From the NCBI RefSeq assembly GCF_001194135.2, contig NC_068985.1:25159548-25210176 (forward strand): 50,629 bases of DNA. The letters are read 5' to 3'. Shown here piece by piece: positions 14,101 to 27,200 of the stretch (position 1 is its first letter; each line of letters begins with the position of its first letter). Position numbers and translations under genes: made by a program. This DNA comes from Octopus bimaculoides (Eukaryota). The notes beneath the pieces were generated by a model. That model saw only the letters and a list, made by a program, of their open reading frames with translations, searched no databases and was not told where the DNA came from.

Positions 14101-15691
14101 AGCTTTATCAAGCTGGTGTTTGAAGCATAATTTAACAAAAGGTTCTTTTATAAAATTATGATGAAAGGTTTTTATTCAACACTTTAAAACAATGCAGAAG
14201 GGCCACTTGATAACATGCAAAGCTGTTAAATTTTCTTTAAAGTGGATTTAACAGGTATGTATGCTATTAACTGGCTCTTCCACTCTGTGGTTGCTTCCAT
14301 TTCAACACATCTTAGCTCTGAAACTTAAAATCTGGCAAATTTGTATCACAGGATCAGAGTCAGTTTAAAGCAGGTTGATAAGAAAAGGTTTGACCCTTTC
14401 ATTTCCAAAGTTCTCTAGAATTATCAATTTTTCTTTTCTTTTTTTATTTCTATTTTTTATTTTTTGCATTCTGAGTTCAAATCCTATCAAATGTTAACTT
14501 CGCCTTTCATCTTTCTGGGGTTGATTAACATAGAATATTGGTCAAATATTGGTATCAATTTTACTGACAAAAATTTTTTCCCCTAAAAAATTGCTGGATG
14601 GGAGAAGGAAAGGGCAATCACAATAGCTCTTGCAAGTCTTCCAGGAGAATAAGAACGATATAGTTCATATTAAATTTTATCTTCAACAGGTGAATGTTGG
14701 AGGAATTATTGGTAAGCTGGTAGTTTCTGAGAACAATTATGAGGAAAAAAAACTTGGAAAAAAATGTTAAGTGAAGCATCTTTGGAATCATACATAGTAG
14801 AAATATTAATAGAAAAAAAGATGGGTGCATTGAATGAGTTAGGACTGAATTAGTACACAGTAAGTTAAGAGGAACAAAAATAATGGTAGTATTTGTAGAA
14901 GAGGCAAAAACATTCTTCAACTTTTCAGGACGTTGATATTCAACAAACATTCATTGTAGTTGTTGTGTATTGACTTAATAGAAGAAATAAATAGGTAGCT
15001 AATTAACTATTCAAATGAAAGTAAATTTGTCCTTTTATTTACAGACGAACCTTGAGTCAGCTTCCTTGCTACTAACTGAAGCTATAAAAACACAGGTGTT
15101 GCTGAAGAAAAGCTGCATAACAGAAACAGGTGACGAAACTGCATGTTCACAACTAGATCCATATTTGAAAAAGGTTATTGGAGCTCTGGTGAATAAACAA
15201 GCAAAAAGACGCAGGCGACGAAGGTCAACCACTGGTAATAAACAGAAAATTTTTCTTTGTTGATAATCTATTATATGCTATTATTGCTCTGATTTAAACC
15301 CTCAAGAGTATTAAGAACAAGGATAGTCAGAGGTAACACATTTGGCCAACAGAAGAAACGATAACAGTGGTGTCAAAACAATACAGTAGACCCATCATGA
15401 ATAGTTTCATCCCTATTGAACCCTATTTACTCTAAATCGTCCTCCAGTAAACTATAAAGAATACAAAACAGTGCAATTAATATCAACACAAGTCAAACTG
15501 CATAAGCATTACACCCTGTGAAAAATACATATTTCAAGGTTTTTTGATGAATGAAAATTCCCCAAAAAATCATATCTGAGAAACGATTGACTAGAAATGT
15601 TTATATTTATGGAAATGGTCACTATCACTATGCATATATAAGCATTGTGTTCCCGCTTTTGTTTGTTAGTATACAGAGGTGATATATATAT

Positions 15692-15724
<33 letters not shown>

Positions 15725-18700
15725 GCTGAGTTTGTGAGCGTGTGTGTGTGTGTGTGTGNNNNNNNNNNACCTTACAAGATAGCAAGCTGGGAGTCGCACC
15801 AATGGATTCCTCATGGTCGAAAATTCCTGGAATCGACCATTTATTATTTTTTTTATTGCTTCCTAAGACGTGAATTTTTGTATTAAAAAAAATTTTAAAC
15901 CAAGACTTATAACAATTTTAAAGTCGAAGCATGAGTTAAGTCCCCTTCTAGCTACGATGATCCTTTGCTGCTGTGTTTACATTCCTGTAACTTAGCGGTT
16001 TCGTAAAAGACACTCACAGAATGAGTACTAGGCTTACAAAGAATAAATCCTGTGGTTGATTTCTTCAACCAACGACAGTGCTCCACCATGGCTGCAGTCA
16101 CATGACTGAAACAAGTAAAGCAATAAAAATCTATGCTATTTTAATCCCGAGCAAGGCCAGGTGTGTGTTGCATCTATAGAAATCCACACCTTACAAGATA
16201 GCAAGCTGGGAGTTGCACCAATGGATTCCTCATGGTCGAAAATGCCCGGAATCGACGATTTATTATTTTTTGCAATGAGCCAGCATCCCATCCAGGTAGG
16301 GAAAATATTCACCATAACACCAGCATTTATGAGTCAGTATGACTCGAGAAAGTAACTTTACTTTACCTTTAGGCTGACCGAAAACTTGTGAATGAGTTTG
16401 GTACATGAAAACTGGAAGAAGCCTTCTGCTTGTATGCATGTTTGTGTTTGTGTGTGTATATCGAGTTGTATGATTTGGTGTTTGAATATAGAAGATAGTA
16501 TTATGTAAAGGTTATCTTACATAACTACTTGAAAATGTGTATTAAATGCATTCAAAACATCAACATTTGGTTTTGTTCTTATTTGGATGCACACATACAC
16601 ACTCATCTTCACATGGGTTTACTGATTGTAAACAAAAGGCCAAAAAGCTCATTCACATATTGCTATTTGTTGCCAGTTCTCTACATAACCAAGTCCAGGC
16701 TGCTTGTTGTTGGATAGACTAGGAGGTTATTACTTTGCTTGGAAACAAGTGCCAGTTGGCTTTATGAAGAGCATCCAGCTGTATAGAATTCTGTACAAAT
16801 GCATTTTCATCCGACCCATGCCAGCATGGAAATATAGATGTTAAAATAATGATGATGATTTCCTCATGAGTTGTCTAACAAATAATTTTTTTTTTTTCTT
16901 GCCTTTAACCCTCCAACGCGGGATATAGGCCACTTATAATTGAATTCCATGTTGCATAGTTTTTCGCTTCTGTACTTATACTCTGCCATGAATGTCCCCC
17001 TTTCTCTAGTTCCTTTTGTGTTGATCTACGCCATGAGTTCTTAGGCCTACCCCTCTTTCTATATCCATCCGGATTCCACTGTAAAGCACTTTTCGCTACA
17101 TTTGGTGTGTCTTTTCTAATTGTGCTACCAATCCACTTCCACTATTTCTTAAATATTTTCTCCCTAATCGAAACTTGATTTGTTCTTTGCCATAGCTCCA
17201 TATTGCTTATGTGTTCGGGCCATCTAATTTTAAGTATACTACGCAAGCACCTGTTGATGGATGATTGTATTTGCTTATTTGACTTAACTGTTGTAAATTA
17301 TGTAAATGATGTGTCAATAATAAATTTTGTTCCTAATTTCATGCCATAGTTTAACAGTCAATTGTCTTACAAATGAAAATAGTATGTGTTTAACCCTTTA
17401 GTATTCAAATTATTTTATCAAGTGTATTGCTTATTTATTTATGTTGATTTAAATAACTCATGCATTATCTTGTAGCTTTGAGATTTTGATGATGTTATTG
17501 TTTATTTTTAGCATGGCATTGTAGGATTAATGTAAGAGGCTGGATCCAGTCAGTTTGAATGTAAAACAGGTAGAATATTTTGGGCCGGATATGGCCGGTT
17601 TAAATACCAAAGGGTTAAAGTTCTTACCACACAGCCAAACCTGTTGCTTCCCAATCACATGGTTTCTGGTTCAGTTCTGCTGTATGGCTCACTGGGCAAA
17701 TGTCTTCTACTTAAGCCCTGGGCTGACCAAAGCCATGTGTATGGATTTGGTAGATGGAAACTGAAAATCCATTGTGTGTGTGTGTGTGCGTATGTATGTA
17801 TATATGTATATGCAGGTGTGTATGTGTTACTACTACCTTGCCTTGACATTGCATAATAATTGTCAGTTTCACCCTCATGCAGATGACATCCTTTGCTTCC
17901 AATCTTCTGTAAAACATCTGTTCATGGGCAAATATTACCTCACATGGAAACAGGTGAGAGTTGGCAAGAGGAAGAGCATCAACAAATTCTGTCCAACCCA
18001 TGCATGTATGGAAAAGTAGACATTCAAATGGTAAAAGAAGACCCCCTTCAGTCATGAATGACCATGGGATTGCACCTAGAAAGTTCCCCTCCAAGGCACG
18101 AATCTGGGCAAGGTCGTTTATGGAAGACCAGCAGTCATCCATGCATACCAACTGCCCCTCTCCATGCCACCAATGTTATGCAAGAGAAAGGCAAACACTG
18201 AGCTTGGCATCAGTGACGTTGCAACTCTACAGCTGAGTGAACTGGTGCAAAATGAAATAAAATGTCTCGCTCAAAAGCACAACACACAGCCTAGTCTGAG
18301 AATCAAACTCACTACCTTATGATTGTGAGCCCAACGCTCTAACTACTGAGCAATATGCCTTCACTGTACATTCAAATGATGATGCGTATAATCGATTGTG
18401 TTTTATTTCTTTCTTCCATACCTGAATGTTACATATGAAATTGATATTATAGATATAATACATGGTGATTTCCCTTGGTTGCAGCATGTGACTGTGAACT
18501 ACCCTCTCAACTGGGCAGTGCAGCGGAAATGATAAACCCTGAATCTTTGAAAGAAATGCTTTGCAATGAAAATTTTCTGACTTGTATGGAAAAACTCAGT
18601 GTGGTAAAATCCTGGACTACAAATCATCAAGCTGTTTTTGCAGAGAAAGCTAAAGTCGTGAGTATAACAAATACAGTTTTCTTACAAAGGAATGTATTTA

Positions 18701-21700
18701 GTTTTTGTTTGTTTTGCAAAATTCTTGATGTAAATCACATATTGTAACACTGTTGAACTTTGGAATGAATAGACTTCCAAGAAAAATTCACTGCTCCCTT
18801 CTACAGCAACTTTTCACAAAAAAAGGAAAACCATGGAAATCCACAGTAGTATTGTAAAAGGTTTTGATAAGATGAGCAATGTTTACTCAATTATACGGAA
18901 GTAAAGTACAACCAGTGTGTGTTTTTAATGGCAATATGACCTCCCCAAAGTAGAACATATTAGAAAAATGAAGTGGAAAAAATTATTTTTTAACTCAGGA
19001 ACATGTTTAGCAATTGAATTTCCATGATAAAGATCTCTTTAAATTCAGTGCTGCAGGACATTCCTCATCTATAAAATCTTTAATTTAAGTCTGTGTAGTT
19101 AAGAAGTTTGCTTCTCAACCACATGGTTTTGGGTTCAGTCCCTTTGTGCATAACCTTGAGCAAGTGTCTACTAGTCCTATGGACCACCAATGCCTTGCGA
19201 GTGAATTTGGTAAACAAGATCTTTGAGAAGCCCATTCCCTTTCTTCTTTTTTCTGTTTTCTTATTCTTTCCTTCCTTGCAAGTTACTTGGCAACGCACCA
19301 GTGATGGTGGCATGAAAGCTACATCCAGTATACCTAGTGTAAAGCAGGTGATGTTATGAAAGACATTCAGCTGTAGAAACCTTGTCAAAGCTGACATGGA
19401 GCAAGATGCAGGCCTGTAGCTAACTAGACCCTCTCAAACTGTCCAATCCATGCCAACATGGAAAATAGATGTTAAATGATGATGATGAGGATGATGATGA
19501 TGTGTATGTCTTTGTGTTTGTTCTTTCATCACTTGACAACTAGTGCTGGTTTGTGTATTTACCTTATGACTTGATGGTTTGACAAAAAAAGGAAAAAAAA
19601 AAGGGACCGATAGAAAAAATGCTAAACTTAAAGATAAGTGTTAGGGTTGATTTGTTTGTCTAACCATATAAGGCGGTGCTCCATCATGGCTGCAGTTCAA
19701 TGAGTGGAACAAGTAAATGGATGAAAGAGTAGATACCAGATAAGATTATAATTTTCCAGATTAATCACCTGTACCTTTGTAGCATATATTTATAATGTCT
19801 CTTTTATTCATTTGACTCTGCTGGGACATAGGACATTGAGAAGTGATCTCCATCTGTATTGATCTTTGGCAATGGATTGCAGTTGTCTGTAGGTGCTTCA
19901 GTGTCTTTGGACCTTCTCCATATTGTTTTTGGTCAGCTATGCTTCCATTTTCCTTGGGTGTCTGTTAGAGGAATTAACTTATAATGCTGGAAGCAGGTTT
20001 CCATAGGGTGCCAGTATGGAAAATAAATATTACATGATAATGATGATGACACAATGGGCTTCCATACAGTTTCCTTAGTCCAAATGTTACTCACAAATCA
20101 TTAGTCAACCCAGAGATATAATAGTAAACATTTGTCCAATATACAAAGAGGTGGTACTTCTTAATCACATAGTCATGTCTGCAGATGTATTATCTTAACA
20201 TTTATTTTAACTGTCTTTTCTACATGCGTAAATTTCTGGGATAAATTTTTCAATAATAATTAAAATTTTCTGAATGATTAATCCTGCCTTCTGTGTTTCA
20301 TAAATGGTTAACAATGTTGAAAGTTGCAATAATGGTCATAGGCTACCTTCATCAAAAATGATCTAAAATATAAAATCATAAAAAGATGATGTTAATAACT
20401 CACAAAATTTTTATTAATATACAGTAATTTTTTTCTTTTTTTTTCCAATTCTAGGCCCTAGGTTCACCCAAATCTACAAAATGGTCTGAATCCGATTTGA
20501 AATCTGTGGTTCCTGCAATACCAGGTCTGTCAGTTGATGAAATTGGCAGCTTAGATCTCAACACATTGGATCTTGCTTTTGCTTTAGGAAATCAAATCAC
20601 CTGGAATTCTGATAAGGTAAAGATATTTGTTTTATCATTATTTGCAGAAAGCTCACAAGCTGGCAGAATTGTTAAGAGTTTCAAAAAAGCCCACAAGGGT
20701 TGATATAGTAACATACCAGCTTCCTTCTTTCACCCAGCTTGTTTAGGAGCTACAATGTTGTTGGTGGTACAATGATCCTGTAGAAACAAGTTGAAGCTGC
20801 TAGTGAACATATACATGATGTTTTGACAGATTATTGGAGAGTAATTTTTAGTTTTCATGGTTTGGCTATTTTGGGGACTGAGAAGGGTGATGGGTGTTGA
20901 CAGCCATGTGAGTACATTTAACATACCCTTGATATTCTTCCCATACAATGTTGCTAAATCACACAGATAAAAGTTAAGATATTTTACTCAATATCCTGTA
21001 ATGAGATCTGGACCAGAAGATTTCCTGTTTGGTATCTTCTTTTCAAGACTGTTTCTAGCCTTTTAGATTATTCTGTCAAATGTAATACTTATTCATTTAT
21101 ATTGCTTTGAATTAATCATGCATTATCTTGCAGTTATGAGATCTTCATGATGTGATTGCTTATTTTTAGAAGGACACTGCATGGTAGGTGTGAGAGGCTG
21201 CATCTAGCTGGTTTGAACACAAAACAAGTAGAATATTTAGGCCAGATGTGGCTGGTTTGAATACTAAAGGGCTAGTATAAAGTATTTGTCCAGGGATTGA
21301 TATGGGAATGGACCTGACACTATATTTAGGAAATGCAGGCATAAATAGGTGCTTATGTGTGTTTATGTATATGTGTGTTTATGTATTATAAATGCAACCA
21401 TTATCATGACTTGTTTCTCTTTGCAGTTGAAAGCAACGTTTGATGTGCTTTATAAAAAGTTACTGAACTCCAGCAACAGTCTTATCACCAGCCTTGAACT
21501 ACAAACATTTCGTAATCTGCTTTGTGGCATGAACACTAATATTATTCAATCAATAAAATCTGAGGAATATTCGTAAGTTGCATCAACTTTATTTCCTTTA
21601 GAAACACACACACACACCATATATTTGTTTATTATGAAGGCATGTGTCTTAGTGGTTAGGGTATTCAGCTGACGATCGTAAGGTTGTGAGTTCAATTCCT

Positions 21701-24105
21701 GGTGACATGTTGAGTCCTTGAGCAAGACACTTTATTTCACATTGCTCCAATCCACTCAAGTGGTAAAAATGAGTAGTACCTGTATTTCAAAGGGTTGGCC
21801 TTGTCACACTTTGTGTCATGCTGAATCTCCCTGAGAACTACGTTAAGGGTACATGTGTCTGTGAAGTGCTCAGCCTCTTGCACGTTAATTTCATGAGCAA
21901 GCTGGGACCCTCGTCGTCGTAACTGACAGAGTGCTCCTTATTTTTTAAATTTGTTTATTCATTTAATACAAGCATGTTGAATTGAGCAGGTTGTAAGAGC
22001 AGCCCTGCCAAAATCAATTTTACTTTTCATCCTTTCAGGGTTGATAAAATAAACAATTAGTTAAGTACTGATGTCAATGATATTTAGTAATCCACTCTGC
22101 TCATTCCAGTCCTCATGTCTTTGCAAGAAACAAATATTAGAGAAATGGTTATTATCTTTAAATACAAAATATATTTATAATAGCTAAGCGAGATCGTGCC
22201 AGTGCCGCTCGACTGGCTCCTGTGCAGGTGGCGCGTAAAATACACCATTTCGAGTGTGGCCACTGCCAGTACCGCCTGACTAGCCTTCGTGCCAGTGGCA
22301 CGTAAAAGCACTCACTACACTCTCGGAGTGGTTGGCGTTAGGAAGGGCATCCAGCTGTAGAAACTCTGCCAAATCAGATTGGAGCCTGATGTAGCCACCT
22401 GGTCCACCAGTCCTCAGTCAAATCATCCAACCTATGCTAGCATGGAAAGCGGACGTTAAACGATGATGATGATGATGATGTCAGTTCAGTGCTTGCTCAA
22501 ATGCTACAAATGTTGGTTCAAATTTTAGCATGAGGCCAGCAATTTTTGGTGATAGGGTAAGTTGATTACATCAATCCCAGTGCTCAACTGGTACTTATTT
22601 TATTGATCTCAAAAGGGATGAATTAAGTTAACCACAACAGAATTTGAACAAGATGCCACTAAACATTTTGCCTGGCACAGTAGTGATCCTGCCAACTCAT
22701 TGCCTTAACCCTTTAGCATTTAAACTAACCACATGTGGCCTCTCACACCTACCCTACAATCCCATTCTAAAAATATACAGTCATAACACTGAAGTCTCGA
22801 AGCTACAAAACAATGTGAATAAATAAGTACTATATTTGACAGAGTAATCTGAATGCTAAAGGGTTAATTGCTACAAATATTAGCATTATTTTTCAGCTCC
22901 CTGAGCTAAGAAAATCAACTTTTATATATACAGTGCATATCCCAAATCTGCACTTCAAAATATTGTCAAGTACAGGCATGGCTGTGTGGGGAAGAAGTTT
23001 GCTTCCCAACCACATGTTTTCAGGTTCAGTCTCACTGTATGGCACTTTGGGCTAAGTTATGGGACGTTAACACACTAACACCAGTTTTCAAGTGGTTGGG
23101 GGACAACCACAGACAAGAAGACACATACACACACATATATATATACATAATTAATCAAAGGACATACTAAGTATGTCTACCTGCTAGAAATAACTCTACC
23201 TGCTAGAATTTAAATTGCCAAAATACACTGATAACTACAGAAATCAACAGTCTGAAGGCAAATAGACTAAGACAATCTTTCAGCATACATTCAAGTATTT
23301 GGACTCATGTGGACTGGCATAATAGCCTCACTTTCTTCAGCAATCGCCTATAATATTGATTCTGTTATCATTTTTAAATTGTTACACTAGGTAATAATAG
23401 AGTCAATGATATCTTTGCAAATTATTTGCTCCATATATATTTATATATATATATATATATATACACACAATGGGCTTCTTTCAGCTTCCATCTACCGAAT
23501 TCACTCACAAGTCTTTGGTTGGCCTGAGACTATAGTAGAAAACACCTGCCCAAGGTGCCACACAGTGGGACCAAACCTGGAACCATGTGGTTGAGAAGCA
23601 ACCTTCTTACTAAACAGCCATGCCTGCACCTGTTTATTTTTCTCGCACATTTTCTGCTCATGTTTAACACAGTAAACTGTAATTTACAGCAGTTGCTGCT
23701 TAGTACCAAGCCAGCCACAATTCAGCAAATCTATAATCAAAGATTATCTAACGTATCCTTTCTTTTTAAGATAGCAGGTAGTATTTGAGGGTATTTGGTT
23801 GCTATATCCAGCAAATGAAGTGATTTGTTTGTGTCAACTATCGTTAACACTTCTCACTTGTGATATCTCCTTTATACAAACTTCATGTCTTTATTTTATG
23901 AGGCATGGCCACAGTTTACTCTTTTACTTGTTTCAGTCATTTGACTGCAGCCATGCTGGAGCAGCAACTTTAGTGGAGCAAATCAACCCCAGGACTTATT
24001 CTTTGTAAGCCTAGTACTTATTCTACTGGTCTCTTTTGCCGAACCACTAAGTTACGGGGATGTAAACACACCAGCATCAGTTGTCAAGCGATGTTGGGGG
24101 GACAA

Positions 24106-24145
<40 letters not shown>

Positions 24146-24167
24146 NNNNNNNNNNTTGGGGGGACAA

Positions 24168-24218
<51 letters not shown>

Positions 24219-27200
24219 AATCCACTCACAAGGCTTTGGTCGGCCCGAGGCTATAGTAGAAGACACTTACCCAAGGTGCCACACAGTGGGACTGAACCAG
24301 GAACCATGTGGTTGGTAAGCAAGCTACTTACCTATAGTTGGATATCTGCATAAAATTAATAAGTGCCTATAGACAAGGATTTAATCTTAAGTGAACTAAA
24401 AAACAAAACCCCACTCTCCAGCAATAAAAATGGTATTTGAAAATATTGTTGATATAAGAATCTCATGTTCATGTGATATTTCCATGCTTTTATATCTGCT
24501 TCCAGAACTGCAGCTCGAGAACTTGGAAACATTGACTGTTTTACAAATGAGCAGCACAAACTTTGGGTCCAAAAAGCCAAAGATGTATACCAAGATGTTG
24601 ACAAGTGGTCAGATTCAATAATTGCAAGCATGGGAGCTGTGATTAGTAAGTAATAGTAACATATGCTTGTTGTTTTGTTAGATTTGGATATATAAAACAT
24701 CTCTTCAAAGACTTACATTAAAAAACCAATAAACAGTATTGCAGGAGAAATACCTAGCTAAGGATAAACCTCTGTACCTGGCTTTCGTTGACATGGAGAA
24801 AGCCTTTGACAGGGTCCCCCGATCCCTTATCTGGTGGTCAATGAGGAAACTTGGGATAGAAGAATGGTTAGTGAGAGCTGTGCGAGCCATGTACAGAGAT
24901 GCTGCCAGTAAGGTGAGGGTTGGAAATGAGTACAGCAATGAATTCCGGGTAGAGGTAGGGGTCCACCAAGGTTCCGTCCTCAGACCCCTCTTATTTATCA
25001 TAGTCCTCCAGGCAATCACAGAGGAGTTCAAGACAGGTTGCCCCTGGGAGCTCCTCTATGCTGATGACCTTGCCCTAATTGCGGAGTCACTATCANNNNN
25101 NNNNNNNNNNNNNNNNNNNNNNNNNNNNNNNNNNNNNNNNNNNNNNNNNNNNNNNNNNNNNNNNNNNNNNNNNNNNNNNNNNNNNNNNNNNNNNNNNNNN
25201 NNNNNNNNNNNNNNNNNNNNNNNNNNNNNNNNNNNNNNNNNNNNNNNNNNNNNNNNNNNNNNNNNNNNNNNNNNNNNNNNNNNNNNNNNNNNNNNNNNNN
25301 NNNNNNNNNNNNNNNNNNNNNNNNNNNNNNNNNNNNNNNNNNNNNNNNNNNNNNNNNNNNNNNNNNNNNNNNNNNNNNNNNNNNNNNNNNNNNNNNNNNN
25401 NNNNNNNNNNNNNNNNNNNNNNNNNNNNNNNNNNNNNNNNNNNNNNNNNNNNNNNNNNNNNNNNNNNNNNNNNNNNNNNNNNNNNNNNNNNNNNNNNNNN
25501 NNNNNNNNNNNNNNNNNNNNNNNNNNNNNNNNNNNNNNNNNNNNNNNNNNNNNNNNNNNNNNNNNNNNNNNNNNNNNNNNNNNNNNNNNNNNNNNNNNNN
25601 NNNNNNNNNNNNNNNNNNNNNNNNNNNNNNNNNNNNNNNNNNNNNNNNNNNNNNNNNNNNNNNNNNNNNNNNNNNNNNNNNNNNNNNNNNNNNNNNNNNN
25701 NNNNNNNNNNNNNNNNNNNNNNNNNNNNNNNNNNNNNNNNNNNNNNNNNNNNNNNNNNNNNNNNNNNNNNNNNNNNNNNNNNNNNNNNNNNNNNNNNNNN
25801 NNNNNNNNNNNNNNNNNNNNNNNNNNNNNNNNNNNNNNNNNNNNNNNNNNNNNNNNNNNNNNNNNNNNNNNNNNNNNNNNNNNNNNNNNNNNNNNNNNNN
25901 NNNNNNNNNNNNNNNNNNNNNNNNNNNNNNNNNNNNNNNNNNNNNNNNNNNNNNNNNNNNNNNNNNNNNNNNNNNNNNNNNNNNNNNNNNNNNNNNNNNN
26001 NNNNNNNNNNNNNNNNNNNNNNNNNNNNNNNNNNNNNNNNNNNNNNNNNNNNNNNNNNNNNNNNNNCACATGAGATGCACCATTTTGAGCGTGGCCGTTG
26101 CCAGTACCGCCTGACTGGCTCCCGTAGGATTTTCGAGTGAGATCGTTGCCAGTGCCCCTGGACTGGCTTGTGCAGGTGGCACATAAAAGACACCATTTCG
26201 AGCGTGGCTGTTTTCGTGCGAGTGACACGTAAAAGCACCCACTACACTCTCTGAGTGGTTGGCGTTAGGAAGGGTATCCAGCTGTAGAAACTCTGCCAAA
26301 TTAGATTGGAGCCTGGTGTTGCCATCCGGTTTCACCAGTCCTCAGTCAAATCATCCAACCCATGCTAGCATGGAAAGTGGACGTTAAACGATGATGATGA
26401 TTATGATAATCATAATCAATCAGTCTTGATGTTCTAAACCTTTTGATACTAAACTGCTCTTGTTCTTATTGTATAGACTCCTTGTTTTAAAGTGAACTAA
26501 AAATATCCAATCAAAATTTCATGTTAATTTGTTCCAAACATCAGCTTCAAAGTGACTATGTTATTTCACTATATTCATTATTTTTAAATTTTATTGAAAG
26601 AAAAACAATGTACTTCTATAGAAATATGGTAATAGGATTAAGGTAAGGAAAAATGAGGTAACTAAGTGTTTTTCCAAAGTGAGACTTAGTTTATCCATAA
26701 CTTACCTGTCACAGCAATGATACAATACATTAACATTTAAAATGAAGTTCTGACATTTCTTAGTCTTTCCTACAGTTGGTTAAAGTTATTCAAATGGGAA
26801 TTAAATATAAAAATCAAGATGAAAAGAATGTGTGTGTATTGATGAAGTCCAACCCAAATCTAATCAAGCAAACTTATGAAAGGCATTCTGGTCATGAATG
26901 TAGATTTCTCAAGTTATATAGAATTACATTCTCTAATGTATCCTTTATTTTAAAACATTAGAGAACTATCTGAAAGTGCTGAACAACCATTAAGAGGCTT
27001 CCAAATGTAGTGTTGTTTCAACCAAACCTATAATCATTGCACATTCCATCCTATTTTTTTTACAATGTGTAGAACCAATTTACCCTATCCCTCATTTGTG
27101 ATTTAGTCCTCATTGTATGCATTCTACTTCTTGGTCTACTTGTCATAAAATCTCAACTATACAATGGTCTTTTACTTGCTTCAGTCATTAGATGGCATCC

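Noticed and set aside
24430-24621. ORF MVFENIVD...TSGQIQ as a coding exon
   Set aside because: Wrong frame; the phase-consistent exon is 24506-24645 (TAARELGNIDC...)
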